64,000 nucleotides of DNA from Azolla caroliniana (Eukaryota > Plantae > Polypodiophyta). Under the pieces are notes generated by a model. It worked only from the letters and a program-made list of their open reading frames with translations. It did no database searches and was not told the origin of the DNA. The stretch's first letter is position 1; each line of letters begins with the position of its first letter. A program made the translations under genes and the position numbers. Positions 50,281 to 64,000 of the stretch are shown here, in pieces. Where the stretch lies: assembly GCA_043228905.1 (NCBI GenBank), contig JBHGNT010000017.1:558001-622000 (forward strand). Reading direction: 5' to 3'.

Positions 50281-53099
50281 GGACCAACCCAAAGCACACT
50301 ATATTGATTTCCAACAAAATTGACCGTCATGTGAACAATAACAAATCTCTATTCTATAAGGGATCGTGTTCATGTATATTTTAACTAATGGAGTATATTC
50401 TTTTTTGGAAAAAAAAATAAAAAATCTCTATTCTATAAGGGTTAATTCAATCTCTAAGTGTAAATATGTTGAGATCTAGTGAGGTGTTTGAAAGCAAATT
50501 ACTAACCATTATCCTCCCAGGTTCTAGTAAGGGGTGAAAAAATAAATTGCTAATGATAGACTCCCAAGTTTGTATAAGGGGTATGTGAAAGTAAAAGTAA
50601 ATTGTGAAGTTTTACTAAATCAACTTCCACTAAGAAATATGAAACCCTAAATCCTGAAGTGTTGGTAAGTGCTAACCTCTTTTTCACCATTTAAGTGATA
50701 AAAATTTATTTGATGGAAGCCCTCAAAAACATTTTATCACAGGTTCGCTACATTTTTTATAAACTTGTTGCTCTAGAGTTTATTTTTAATAGATGCTTAT
50801 GAATGTAGCTTATATTAATGATAGCAAAATATCTCTATTATTTTATAGGAATATGTTTTAAAACTGAAAGTGCCTATACCTCGATTTTATAAGATATTTT
50901 CAAATAGAAAACTTGTTATTTAAAACTAATCAAGAGTCAATGTATATGATTGCTTATGAACAATAGGGATAACATGAGAGAAAATAAATATGTTAAGTGC
51001 ATTAGACAAAGTTCCAATAAGTATGGGTTGAAATCATAGATTGAATAGAATTGATCATGTTGAAAGGTTCACAACCTTCATACGTCAGATTTGAATGGTC
51101 ATCATATAATAGTCAGTACATACCTTCACACGTTTATCAACTCACATAATTTATTGTTATGATCAAGATGGTTGACTTTGTCCCTTTTAGTAATAAACAT
51201 GGTGATGGAACCCTTGGCAACTCTTCCCTAATGCAGTACGCTATTGTTTTGCCATATAGTTTGAAAAGTTATCATCATAAATCCCATGGTTCAAGATTAG
51301 AATCTATTTCACCTCATCTTGATAGCTATTGTAAATATTAATAGATTATTGCTAAACGGTTATAGGTTTATCAAGTTAATTTAGCAATACATTAAAAAAC
51401 AAGTGGCAATCATGTCATTGCGCTTGCAAATAATATCGTCATTACACTTTGTAAACTTAAGATGCAGTATTCAACACACAACATTTAATAGAATGAATTA
51501 TATTGAGTATGTCATGGTACGACATATAATACAAACAACAAGTGACAATCATTTCATTGGGCTTGCACATAATGTCGTCGTTACATTCTATAAACTTAAG
51601 ATGCAATATTCAACACACGGCATTTAAGAGAATCTATTGTATCGAGTATGTCATGATACAACATGTAATACAAACAACATACATGTTCTAGTTTATTGTG
51701 AATGTGTGGTAAGTGGTTATACCATTAAAATATGTTGACGCCAAATCATTCAAATTGCAAACGTTCAATATGTCGTATAGATATTAAATAGTACTAGTTG
51801 AAAGCATCCATGCTTTAGTTATTTCATATTTTCATATTGAATGTGCCGCATTGAATGCTAAAGTTATGATGCATTATCAAGCCATGTGTTGTTCAAAACA
51901 CCAAAGCTTTAGATAAACTTGAAAATGTTGATAATAGTATGAAGGCCATATGAATCCGAAGAGACAACTTGCTTGGCCAAAATCTTGAACTAGGTGTTGG
52001 CAACATGAAGAATTATTATTGAATTTGCGAGTCACAGGACACAAAGTTACCTCTTTCTTGCCACTTATTATGGAATGATCTACCTACATGACCTCAAAAT
52101 AGCATTTTGCACAAATACCAAGCGAAGATTTGTCATACAATTGATCGAGGATTCAAAAGTTCTTTTCTATCACAATATGGGAGCCCTGAGGAATCATCCA
52201 TTTGTCCCCCATTTGTTTTTTCTTTTTCCTATTTACACTCACACACAACCATGGTTTTTGAAATGATGAAATTCCTAAACTATACACACTCTTGAAGTCT
52301 CCATAGATATTGTTTCACACAAAAGCACCAACAAACACATGCATATAAAATACAAACATACATGTGCACATCATAATAAATAATTACATAGACATAATGC
52401 ACACAATCCCTTCTCAATCACATACTAATATATCGTCTTATACACATACACATACACATACACACGCATACAATTACACATTTGCTAACACTTAAACCAC
52501 ACACAAGCTTGCACCCACAATTACATAAAAATTGGACATAGACAACCACACCTACATATGTAGATCAAATCATGTAGACAATTGTTCATTCACAAACATA
52601 ATTGTATACACTAACAATAATACATCATATTTTAATAATCATTGAGACGTTCAAACCTAGACGTTTTTGGCGTACACAAGTACTTTTATACATAACACAA
52701 ACTATAAACATAGCATGCACCATACACTCAACCACACAATTAACCATAATCATCCACACATAAACTCAACCATAGAAATAACATAACTTATCCACACACT
52801 TTTGCACCTTCTTGGGTGGGCACACGCTCACACTTAATGTAACAAGAGTTTAGAGACACATGTGCATATTTGGATGCAAATTTTCACGGGCACAAACTAT
52901 GTATCCCATATATACCAAAAGAGGAAATTGGCATGCCACCACTCACATACCAACTTTTTTTTTCTAAACAAGATATCCTTCCATTAGTTTTAAAAAGCAT
53001 ATTTGCTACAAAATACAACCCACTTATTTTACAAAAATGATAGATGAATTGGGAGATATATAGCCTCCACTATGTGACTTTCAACATACATGCTTGACA

Positions 53100-54725
53100 T
53101 CAGTGCATATCCTACTATTGTATCAGGATCTCCAATTTCATAGCTTCATTCGAGCACAATTTCCCCCTATCTATATTGCCAAAGCATGTACATGCTATCA
53201 ATAAGGTCAACCAACTACACACATTTGTTGCTCAAATGTTTCAAAGTTGAAAAACCTTCACTATTCCGCACATACCCAGAAATCATTGCGTTGTAAGACA
53301 CCACATGTCGATTATGCTGCAAGACAATGAATGTTTCTTCCAGGTTTTAACATCTAAAATACATGCACATATCATATTTCATGGCTCTGCAAAGCTGAAA
53401 AACCTTTATTATTCCGCACATACCCAGAAATCATTGCGTTGTAAGACACCTCATCTTGATTATGCTGCTTAGAAAAGAGTGTGAATGCTTCTTCCAGGTC
53501 AAAAATAAGTGACCATATTTGGCAAGATGCTTTCGCATTGCGATGATCCCACATGATTCAATGATTTTTCATCTTGTCCATATTAAATATTTCCGGTTAT
53601 AATTGTGTTCCAACAAGACACATCTCTAACTAGAAATCCACTAAAAATCTCCTGTGCTTGAGTGAGTCCACCACAGCTGGTATACATATCCACCAATGCA
53701 TTGCCGACCATAAAATTATTCCTTACCAATGGATTGACATTGCAATGATCCAAGATGATTTAATGCTTCCTCATCTTGCCCATATAATTTGAATATTTCC
53801 TTTCGAATGCATACGTGAGTGCCATATAAGAGCATACTCCCCCCACCCATTGTCACTGTATCCTGAAATCAGTGTGGTCAAAGAGACTCTATTTTTCAAG
53901 TAATCCTTTCTTTGTTATGACCACATCCATTTCATCGATCCCATAAGAAGAAATGGAATTCTACATACATATAAATCAGCCTATTACTGATTACAAGAAC
54001 ATATTCCAAACCCTGTTTTCAGATATGACTATGCACTTCTTATCCTTTTTTCTACTGCTCGAAAACTTCCACCTGTTTCCAAATAAATATTCATGAGATT
54101 TAGTGCGTCCTCGCCAAGTTCATGTTCTCATAACACATATCCAATGCAAAGAGACCATTGACGGTAATCCATGCTTCATGAGCTTCACCACATTTTGCAT
54201 ATAAGTCAACCAACACATTTTGAATACATATCAACCAATGCATTCCCAACAATGCAATCTATCTCAACCAGAACTTTTCTTGCAATATCAATGCACTTCT
54301 TATCCTTTTTCTAGTGCTCGAAAACTTCCACCTGTTTTCAAATAAATATTCATGAGATTTAGTGCGTCCTCACCAAGTCCATGTTCTCATAACACATATC
54401 CAATGCAAAGAGACCATTGACGGTAATCCATACTTCATGGGCTTCACCACATTTTGCATATAAGTCAACCAACACATTTTGAATACATATCAACCAATGC
54501 ATTCCCAACACTGCAATCTACCTCAAGCAGAATTTTTCTTGCAATATCAACATGTATTAACTTGCCCTTACCCGTGGCTCCAAATCTACAACAAGCTATT
54601 AACATGCATGTGTGAGTGATAACATCTGGAGATACTCCTCTTTCTTGCATCTGCCCAAAAATGTTCAATATTTCCTCACCAAGACCACCACCATGTTTCA
54701 TGTATCCTGCTAACCAAACACTCAC
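53100..54725 (-). pseudogene. Decayed PLS-class pentatricopeptide repeat (PPR) gene
   Basis: Fragments VSYNAMISGY, FGQMQERGVSPDVIT, GKLIH...VGNALVDMYSKC; many stops and frameshifts; internal duplications. Boundaries approximate. Confidence 0.8.
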
Positions 54726-54765
54726 ATACCAACTTACATGCTACAATACCACAACCACTACAAAG

Positions 54766-57700
54766 TGTTGGGCGCACAAGCTCAATATGTTGGATTGGAG
54801 AGAACTGGATTAAGGTCCGGATCAGTGCAAACCAGTAGACCATTAGAGACCTACGATTCTAGCCTAGTAGATAGGCATATTTTTAGGAGTTAGTGTCAGA
54901 GCTCAATTATGAGCATTGAAGTACTTGTCAATACTTCTGTTAGTCCTTTTAAGGACTTGTATAAAAGTGCTCTATGAGCACATTCAATGTACAGAGTGTT
55001 GAGTATTATTTTTGAAATAGAAGTTGTCTTCTACTCTGTCTCTCCCGCGTACTCTCTGTGTATTTTCCATTAAACCTTCATTTATGTTCTATTGCTATCC
55101 GGTAGTAACCAGCCGTTTCTTCAAGATTCCGCACACTATCCTTTACATGGTGTTGTACTACCTCATGTCCTAAGTGCATGACCAGATGCTCAACTACATT
55201 AGAGACGCAAAAATGCTGAAAGAAGCCTGGGAAAATCTCAAAAAGATTTTCCCTGCCAGTACTACGGCCCGGAAGTTGCAACTATGTCAAAAGCTCAACA
55301 ACATCCGACAAGGGACATGTCGATCACCAACTACACCACCAAGATCAAGGAGATCTACGTCTCACTAGGGTCCATCAACGTGACGGTGGACAAAGATGAG
55401 ATGGTGCAGATCTGCCTCGGTGGTCTAATACAAAGGTACATGCCAATTCAGACGGAGATATGCACCTAGGAGAAGCCACCGTCCTTTTTCGATTTGCAAT
55501 CGATGTTGATGGTGGAAGAAAATCACGCGAGTGGGTTGAAGACCATTCAATCGGATAACCGGATGTTGTACACGGAGGCGGATCGGCCCCGAGGGGCTGG
55601 AGGACGAGGTGGATCAGCAGGCAATAGTAGCGGTCGACAAGAGCAGGAAAGAAGGCACAAAGGTGGTGCCGATAGAAGTTTTGGGCCCTCCATGAGCAAG
55701 GGGAGTCAAGGCAGCGCCGGAAACCGGGAAGCAATAGCCGACACAGAATGTTGGTATTGTGGCAAGAAGGGCCACAAGGAGAGCGAGTGTTGGAAGAAGC
55801 GCACCTATTCAAACAAATCCGGATCCGGCGAGGATGAACAAGGCAGTCGGCAAAAATTGCACTACGCTTAAGGATTGGAAGGATCTGGAACCGGAAACAC
55901 CGAAAAGGGGCCAACCTTCGTGATGAAACACAAGGCAAACTCGATGTGGAAGACTACCTCACAATCGGATGAGGTGTGTATGTTGACTATTGAGCGTCAA
56001 ATCATATGACAAGTCATGAAGAATGGTTCTCATATCTAGAGAAATCGGAACAACCGGGAGTGGTTAAAACCGGAGACGAAACTCCATACCCAATCGAACA
56101 TGTTGGTAAAGTCCCCCTCAGCCATGTCGGACAAAAGGGAAAGTTCACGAACGTGTTACACATCCCGACAATTACAAAGAACTTGGTGTCGGTTAGGCAG
56201 ATCATAGACCAGGGAATGCAAGTTCGATTCACCCACCTCGGGTGCTTCATCGCGGAAGAGGGCCAGATTATTGCGCAAGGGCGTCGGTACGGGAGGATGT
56301 TCATCCTCGACACCAACGACATTGGCATTGCACTATTTGTGAAAGGACAAAAAGTAGAGTCGGATATCGACTAATGGCACAAGCGGATTGGCCACGTCAA
56401 TTACCAGAGGCTTCAAGAACTGCAATTGAAACATGTGGTATTTGGATTGCCGAAATTTAGTTGCCGGAAGGCCCAAATTTGTGAAGCTTGCCAAATTGGG
56501 AAGCAACATCGACTTCCATTCCCCAACGAGCGAAACCGGAGCTAGAACAAGCTTGACTTGATACACTCAGATGTTTGGGGACTGGCACAGAATGTGAGTC
56601 TTGGCAGAGTTGATACTTTGTCTCCTTCATCGACAACTAAAGCCGACACATGTGGATCTACCTCATGGATAAGAAAAGCGAAGTCTTCAACTGTTTCTGG
56701 AACCTGAAAAGCCTTGTCGAAAGGGAAACAGAGAGGAAGATAAAGTGTCGGAGGTCGAATGGCGAAAAAGAATACTTTTCCGGCCAATTCAATTGTTATT
56801 TGTAGCAAATAGGAATTCAGCGAGAATTCAGCTGCAGATATACGCCGGAGCAAAACGGCATAGCAAAAAGGAAGAATCAGTCAATTATGGGGGCGGCAAG
56901 GGCAATGATGGAGGAGAAGAGCATGCCCAAATTCTACTAGGCCGAATCGGTCTAAACTGCGGACTACATCCAAAATCGCATCGGGGAGAAGGTGTTAGCA
57001 CACTAGCTGTATTTCGGGTGAAACCGAACTTACGACACCTGAGGGTGTTCGGGAGTATTGCCTATGTGCATGTGCCCGACTAGAAGCGAAGGAAGCTGGA
57101 CCCAAAGTCAGAGAAGTGCATATTGGTTGGTTACACACACGAACAGAAGGGGTATAAGTCTTATAACCCCCGGACCAAAGAAGTTCAAGTAAGCCAAGAT
57201 GTCAAATTCGATGAGTCGGCATCATGGTACTCTCTACCGACTCCGAACCCCAACAACTTCGACCACCCGATCACTGAGGATGAGGCCAATGAACCCAACG
57301 TGATTCAGGAAGAAGAAGAAGAAGAAGAAGAAGAAGAAGAAGACTTCGGTACTCTAGAAGAGAGTCAAATCCCATTCCGACTGAGTGAGCCGAATGAGAG
57401 ACTGAGTCAGATCGACTAGTCGGATGAAGAGCCAGCAAGTGGTGAGGACTCGGTCATGCACTCCCCGTGCAAGGAACCGAGGAGATGGTTCATGTGTAAA
57501 GAGAAGGGGAAGAAGAAGATGTTGGAGTATGACGTAGACAAGGAAGAGTTGGATCAGAGTGAATATGACTATGGAAAGAATGAAGAAGGACCTTCGGAAA
57601 CGAAGATTACGCACCGATTGCATAAGATTGGGTTTGTGGCCTCCAAGTACGACTCTTCATTGTTCATCCGCAACGGTCCGGTGTGTATCTTACTCTACAT

Positions 57701-59435
57701 CGACGACTTGGTCGTCACCTGAAATCGGTCGACCGAACAGTCGGGAGCATTTGAGATGAAGGACTTCGGGGATCTTCACTACTTCCTCAAGATCGAAGTA
57801 ATCCATACCTACGAAAGCATATTGTTGTCTTAGCGACTGACTGTCAAGCACCTTCAGTGTGTGCATCGACTACTACGATAGGGGACTGTTGTACCGACAC
57901 GGTATAACCGAAAAGTTAGTCGGCTCTACTGATGTCGACTAGGCCGGTGATGCGGCGGATCGTCGATCAACATCCATACTTATTTTTTCTCTCGGAAGCA
58001 CAATCGTTGCGTGGAGCAATAAGAAACAACAGACAGTGGCTATGTCGAGCACTGAGGCCCCACTGAGGCTGAGTACCGAGGAGCTAACGTTGCAACTTAT
58101 GAAGCCATAGGGCTTCGGCGATTGCTTCAGGACCTGGATCAAAGTGCCACCTCAGATCCCGATCTACTTCGACAACATAAGTAGCATGCATCTTATCAAG
58201 AACCTCGTGTTCCATGCTTGCACAAAGCATATCGAAGTGCATTATCACTTCGTGCGCGAGCAGGTCTTGAGCAGTGAAGTCGAACTCCGATATATTCGAA
58301 CCGATCGGCAAGTTGGTGACATCTTCACTAAGCCATTCAGATTGAACAAGTTGTAACACTTTTCAGAGATGCTTGGGCTACAACATCTCGACGTGTCACA
58401 CTTGAGGGGGAGGTTCGGAACAGCAACCAAGAGAACAAGTAAAGGCACAGCCGAAGAGAAGGAGAACACACCGAAATAGGGGGAGACAATGAGAAGAAGG
58501 GAGCCGGGTCGATTGAAGAAGTCGGCACATCTGATGAAGTCGGAACAAGCGGCAACAATGGTAGAGTCAAGAAGGAAAGAGTCGGCCATAAGATAATGCC
58601 GAGACCCGGACATGGTCTAATGTGGTAAAGGGTCTGAAGATTGAAGACTATAGAGACAGCCAATTCAGACAAGAGCGGGAAGAAATTGGAGGCGGCCGAT
58701 TTGGTCGAAATGATCGATTCGAAGGAACCGAATCAATTGAAGGCCAAGTGAACGAGAGGGCAGGTGAAGTCGACACCGACACGGAGGAGCCAAAGGTCGA
58801 GAAGCACCGAAGTCACAACAACGAAGGAGCTAAGATGGGCTTTTTGAGCAGACAAGCCAACCGAGAAGGCCGAGGTGCGTAGAACCAGACAGATCGAAGA
58901 GTGCGAGCAAGGCATGAAGACACCAGGAGAAGCCGGAAGCAAGGACCGGCAACGACAGACACCACAATTCGACCTCAAGTTGAGCTTGAGGGGGAGTGTT
59001 GACCGGACAAGCTCAACATGATCTGGATCAACTTAATAAGCTAGGGCCGGCTCGTAATTCGGAACCAAGAATCGGATCGGTGTCCGGATCAGTGCGAACT
59101 AGTAGGCCATTAGAGGCCTACGATTCTAGCCTAGTAGATAGGCATATTTTTAGGAGTTAGTGTTAAAGCTCAGTTATGAGCATTGAAGTACTTGTCAATA
59201 CTTCTGTCAGTCCTTTTAAGGAAGTCTTGTATAAAAGTGCTCTCTGAGCACATTCGATGTACAAAGAGTTGAGTATTATTTTTGACATAAACGTTGTGTT
59301 CTGCACTCTCCCTCCCTCTTTCTCTACCGCATACTCTCTATGCATTTTCCAAGCTTTCCATTAAACCTTTGTCTGTGTTCTGTTGCTATCCAATAGTAAC
59401 CAATTGTGTCTGCAAGCTTCCGCAAACTATTTACA
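54766..59435 (+). mobile_element. Ty1/Copia element, old and internally deleted, related to the 39123-44812 element
   Basis: LTRs 54766-55147 and 58997-59435; degenerate TSD CAAAG / CTAAG; PBS cut to TGGT and fused to gag; peptides close to the 39-44 kb element (MTSHEEWFSYLEK, VPLSHVGQKGK); most of RT deleted. Confidence 0.9.
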
Positions 59436-59964
59436 CTAAGGCAATGACGTCAAATCCCATCTTTCTTGATTGGGATCCATATGGTCCAATAACATCTTTC
59501 ACACCCTTCTTTGGATTTTTGTGGTGATGGTTGACTAGGTTTACACATATGAGCTAGTTCTTCAACGAATTGATGGATTCAAGAACAACACACACAAACA
59601 GTAGACAAACGTTGTTGACGAATATCCTCACGTTCTATTATAACATGAAGAACTAGAGAATGTAGTTCCATATAGTGAAATAAATTACATAAGTACATAG
59701 GTGTGTTATGTGTACGTATGTGTAATACAAGATTCACAAAGACTATATTATTATATTAAGCAAAATGAAGGATGATTATGCAATGAAACTACAAATGGTA
59801 CTTAAATAAACTACAACCGAAGGATAAACAACAATTTTAAAAAAGAATGGAGGTTGGTCTATATAAAACTCTTTTTAAGCACACATACAAGTTACGATTA
59901 GTTGAGTTATGATCAAAGAGCAAGCTAGATATCGAAAATATTCATTTCATTCAATGTAAAACCA

Positions 59965-60305
59965 TCTTCCATTCGTTAAGTCAATGATGTGTTCATAAAT
60001 GAGGTGTGTGGTATGTGTCATATAGGCTTTTGATGTAAGTAATCTCACACCGTATCCTTCCATTCATTAAGTCAGTGATGGACTATAATATAGAAACATG
60101 CCCCAAAGAGTAGAACACATATGAGGTGTGTAGTATATGTCATAGGCTTTTGGTGTGTGTAAAGTAATCTCAAACCACATCCTTCCATTCATTAACTCAA
60201 TGATGGACTTTAATATACAAACATGCCCCAAAGAATAGAACACATATGAGGCGTGGTAAGTGTCATGTAGGCTTTTGGTGTGTATAAAGTATTCTCACAC
60301 CATGT
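59965..60305. repeat. Degenerate tandem repeat (roughly 90-125 bp units)
   Basis: Recurring CCTTCCATTCATTAA, ATGAGGTGTGT..TATGTGTCATAGGCTTTTG and AAACATGCCCCAAAGA blocks. Confidence 0.75.
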
Positions 60306-61039
60306 CCTTGGCCTCCTGTTTCAACGAGAACAATTTGCATATAGGATTCCTCTTTGTGCCTCGCCACATGAAGTTGGTTGTGAAGTTCTCTTTTATTTGC
60401 GTGAAATCATTTTTACAATTCTACTCCAAGGATTTAGAACTAGACCCTAACTTGGTCTTTGAATGTGAACCTGAGTAACAATCTTGAGGAATCATCTACA
60501 ATGTGGGAGCTACAACTAGCTCTAGCCAACCCTCAAAGATTACATCTTCTAAAGACTTATTAGCCCATATAATGTGGAAGCTCTACCCAAGAGGGCTGTG
60601 TGGACCTCTCGAGCAGTGTGACGTGTCCTTCCTAACAATTGTCTTAGGCCTTATACCTCTCAATAGTGCAAGTTGCACTCTACTAGACTAAGCCAGCAAC
60701 AAGAGGTAGCCAGAAAACATGCATCCCTCACCAAAAACAGAATTGCAATTGGTAAAGAACAACTTCACATGGTCAAGGCTCACCAATGTAGCCATCTTGA
60801 AGAAACAAGTAATGGAACACCACAAACAAGCTGCCAATGCCAAAAGCAAGTAAACAACTGGCACCAACAACTCGGACACCAACTAGTTAATGTGGCTGGC
60901 TTGCAAGAACATAATGGAGCTCGAAGTCTGCCCTCTCACTGTGCAATTCAAGGAGGGAGATTAACTCCTATACTCACACATTCCAACAACAAACAAGCAT
61001 GAAACTTAAAGAGAAAAAATGTAGTCATCCATAACCTTT

Positions 61040-61500
61040 TATAATAGCACATGTATTGTGCAGTGACGTTCCATGCCAAGGGTGTGCTTGACATTGCTTC
61101 GCTCACCACGTGAATAATGTCATCACTACTACATAGCAACACTGGTCAACAAAAGCTATTCATCTACATCTATTTCTTATGGAATTGGTGGGCAAGTCAT
61201 GTACTTCTTAGGTATTGACGAAGTAGGAGCGATTTGAAGCCCCATAAGTTAAGCTTTCCATGACAACAACCAAAATATAATAGCACATGTATTATGCAGT
61301 GACATACCATGCCAAAGGTGTACTTGACATTGCTTTGCTCACCACGTGATTCATGTCATCACTACTGCCTAGCAACACTGGTCAACAAAAGCTATTCATC
61401 TACATCTATTTCTCAAGGAATTGATGGGCAACGTCATATAGGTCTTAGGTATTGACAAAGTTGGCGCGATTCAACGCCCAATAAGTTGCGCTTTCCATTA
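61040..61500. repeat. ~237-bp tandem duplication
   Basis: TATAATAGCACATGTATT...AGCAACACTGGTCAACAAAAGCTATTCATCTACATCTATTTCT occurs twice. Confidence 0.85.
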
Positions 61501-62235
61501 CAACCTTAACAAAAACCTGAAAACTCCTCAAAATCATGGACCCCAGAAGAAGAAGAATCCAAGCTATTAACTGACTGGATCCCAGAAGAAGAAGAAGAAG
61601 AAGGATTCCCATGCATCAACTGGTCTGGGAAGCAACACACACGTCAATGGTTAGGCTCCTAAAAGCACATGAGTTAAAGTCAAGCGCAGTAAAACTTTCG
61701 AACTTACAGATTAAATTTAGTGAAATAAAAAAAGGATGCAACTTCCAGAAAGATTTAAAGGGCCTCTACTGCACAAATCCTAAAACCTTAGTGTGAATGG
61801 AAGTTAAAAGTTTCACATAAAAGGCATTACCTGGAGTTGTCTAAATACACAGATAGATATGGAAAACATGAGGATTTCTCCTTTACCGATTTTGGGCATG
61901 TTTTCTCCTAACTGCATTATGTAAACTTAAGATGTAGAGTGCATCTAGATTTATTTAAAGGTTGTTCTGAGATGTATATTTGATAGATAATTTCCAACCA
62001 TCTCTTGACATCTTTTTAAAAAATTTCTCACCAGGCCTTCAGTTTCTTCCTTAGCATGGATCATTTCTTTAAATTCTTCATTTCGTCGAAGGTTCAATAT
62101 GAATGAGAGAGAGAGAGAGAGAGAGAGAGTTTTTTAAGTAACAAAAATGAGTACTATACAAAAGTTCATGTTACAACAATCCCTCATCTTCACTACAAAA
62201 ATTCAATAGCAATATTAAAATAAATAAATCTTAAG

Positions 62236-62574
62236 TTAAACAATACCCGGTCTTCTGTTCCAATTCTTTCTTCCAGATTTGTCTTTTACAAATATGTTTC
62301 TTAGTTTATCCCACTTACTCTTCGTAGATCCCTCGACCTTACACCTCTCACCATCTGAATCACTCATTTCCGATACATCCTCATTTTCATTCTTTTCCCA
62401 ATCACGCTCACTGGATTCGAAAGTTCCATAAGACATTGTTTGTGCCACATTTAATGAGAAAGCTCTCTCCAAGGCAGCTTTATGTTCCTCTTGGTGCTCT
62501 TCCCTCAATGTGGCTTGCCTCACCATCCTTTGTGGCATTGGAATGTCCATAGCATTTTCTTTCTCAATCATTAG
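62236..62574 (-). CDS. Last exon of a probable class-3 lipase / calmodulin-binding heat-shock-type protein (rest upstream, probably beyond the window)
   Basis: Acceptor TTTGCAG|CTA at 62575. LMIEKENAMDIPMPQRMVRQATLREEHQEEHKAALERAFSLNV...YGTF resembles, from memory, the C-terminus of plant lipase_3 CaM-binding proteins. Confidence 0.7.
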   Translation of the reverse strand, partial: LMIEKENAMDIPMPQRMVRQATLREEHQEEHKAALERAFSLNVAQTMSYGTFESSERDWEKNENEDVSEMSDSDGERCKVEGSTKSKWDKLRNIFVKDKSGRKNWNRRPGIV

Positions 62575-62763
62575 CTGCAAAGAAAACCTGTTTACTGCTT
62601 GAAATCTCAAAGTTAAAAGCACCTTGTCATTAAATGTACTCAATCTTTACATGAAAATAGGAACACAAGAAATTATTTATATTTACGAAATATATGAAGA
62701 CTCACACAAACGCACAGTCACCATAAAAGTTTCTGGTTTTGATTTTCTGTTTCAGTTTAAGAA

Positions 62764-63213
62764 ATGTTTGGAGTTTATTTTATGTATGTATATATGCATT
62801 TCTCTGATATTTATCTCTGTAGGCATGTATGTATCTGTGTGTTCTACAGATGTACAGAGATACATCATATATAGATGTATCTGTGTATCTATATACTTGT
62901 ATGAGTTGTATCTATGTATGGATGAGTAACCATTGCCTCAAAAACACTTGCTGCAGGTCAACTCTAGTTATCTGTTTCATCCGCAGTCATGTTTGGAGTT
63001 TATTTTATGTATGTATATATGCATTTCTCTGATATTTATCTCTGTAGGCATGTATGTATCTGTGTGTTCTACAGATGTACAGAGATACATCATATATAGA
63101 TGTATCTGTGTATCTATATACTTGTATGAGTTGTATCTATGTATGGATGAGTAACCATTGCCTCAAAAACACTTGCTGCAGGTCAACTCTAGTTATCTGT
63201 TTCATCTGCAGTC
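62764..63213. repeat. Near-perfect 225-bp tandem duplication (intronic)
   Basis: ATGTTTGGAGTTTATTTTATG... at 62764 and 62989. Confidence 0.9.
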
Positions 63214-63494
63214 TCAAGGTATGGTGACTTTCCTGCTACAAGATACACATTCAGGACTATGGCAGTTGGTTCCATGTAAGAACATTGAATACAGTTTACA
63301 TTTGCTAAAGTGGAATGCCAACTAAGTAAACTTTTTGATGTACTTAGTAAACAAGAACTAATCAATGCTGAGGTAGCTAATCTATTAATTGCACATAACC
63401 CTCTTAAGCATGGTGAGATTCGTAAACTTCAAGAAATTACGAGTACACGCAATTTTCGGTCCTCCATCTAGATCTGATCAGTAACCATTGCTCA

Positions 63495-64000
63495 ATGCAT
63501 TTATATATGTATTTTCAGATTGGGAGGCCATGGAGTTTCTGCTTTAAGTTTTGTACGGAGGAGTTTCAAGGAGATTTCTATAGGTTGGGACACTGGAAAG
63601 CACCTAGCTGGGATGGTCTTTTTTTAGCTATCTTCAAGCCATTTTGGGAGGAGTTGAAACTCCCATGTTATTTATGATCACCAATTTTTGGCAGACTAGG
63701 GACACTACCAAAGTCTTCACAAGAAGAGCTTTTGAGGACTTTTCCTGAAAAGGTGATATCAAACATCAGCAGATTGGCATCCCATTAGTCTCATGCGAAT
63801 TGTGTACTTAACTTTCCACAAAACAAGTTGTCAATTATGTGAAGGATGTCTAATATAATGGCTTGTACCTCATACAATATAGTTTTCTGCCAGGGAGACA
63901 TACCGCATATATTTTTGCAAATGCTTACATTCGCATTGAACATGAATACTGTGCTCATTATGCAGAAGACATTTGGAAGGCCTTTGACGCTGTGAAAAAG
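63495..64000 (+). mobile_element. Degenerate LINE RT fragment (intronic)
   Basis: KAPSWDG...FKPFW, PISLMRIVY and DIWKAFDAV motifs in broken frames. Confidence 0.7.

Noticed and set aside
60503-61002. ORFs of 62-109 aa
   Set aside because: No motifs or consistent frame; cannot support a gene call.

Overview
Eukaryotic land-plant nuclear DNA; a fern or other non-seed vascular plant is my guess, not proven. Host genes: an intronless OVATE-like ORF (+), an OBERON-like PHD-finger gene (-), BLOC-1 subunit 2 (-), an intact 6-exon laccase (-), a decayed PLS-class PPR pseudogene (-) and the last exon of a probable class-3 lipase/calmodulin-binding protein (-). The centre (~14.8-46.6 kb) is one ancient minus-strand LINE inflated by nested insertions: a Ty3/Gypsy chromovirus, a TIR-bounded DUF7869/Sola-like DNA transposon holding two Copia elements, a young Copia and a solo LTR. 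Most LTR insertions retain readable TSDs. Most unusual: a regularly spaced array of conserved hairpins in the chromovirus leader, tRNA-like Pol III modules in a solo LTR and in that leader, the poorly classified CAC...GTG transposon, and a Copia family with two polypurine tracts. Coordinates, alignments and family calls were made by eye, without database searches.
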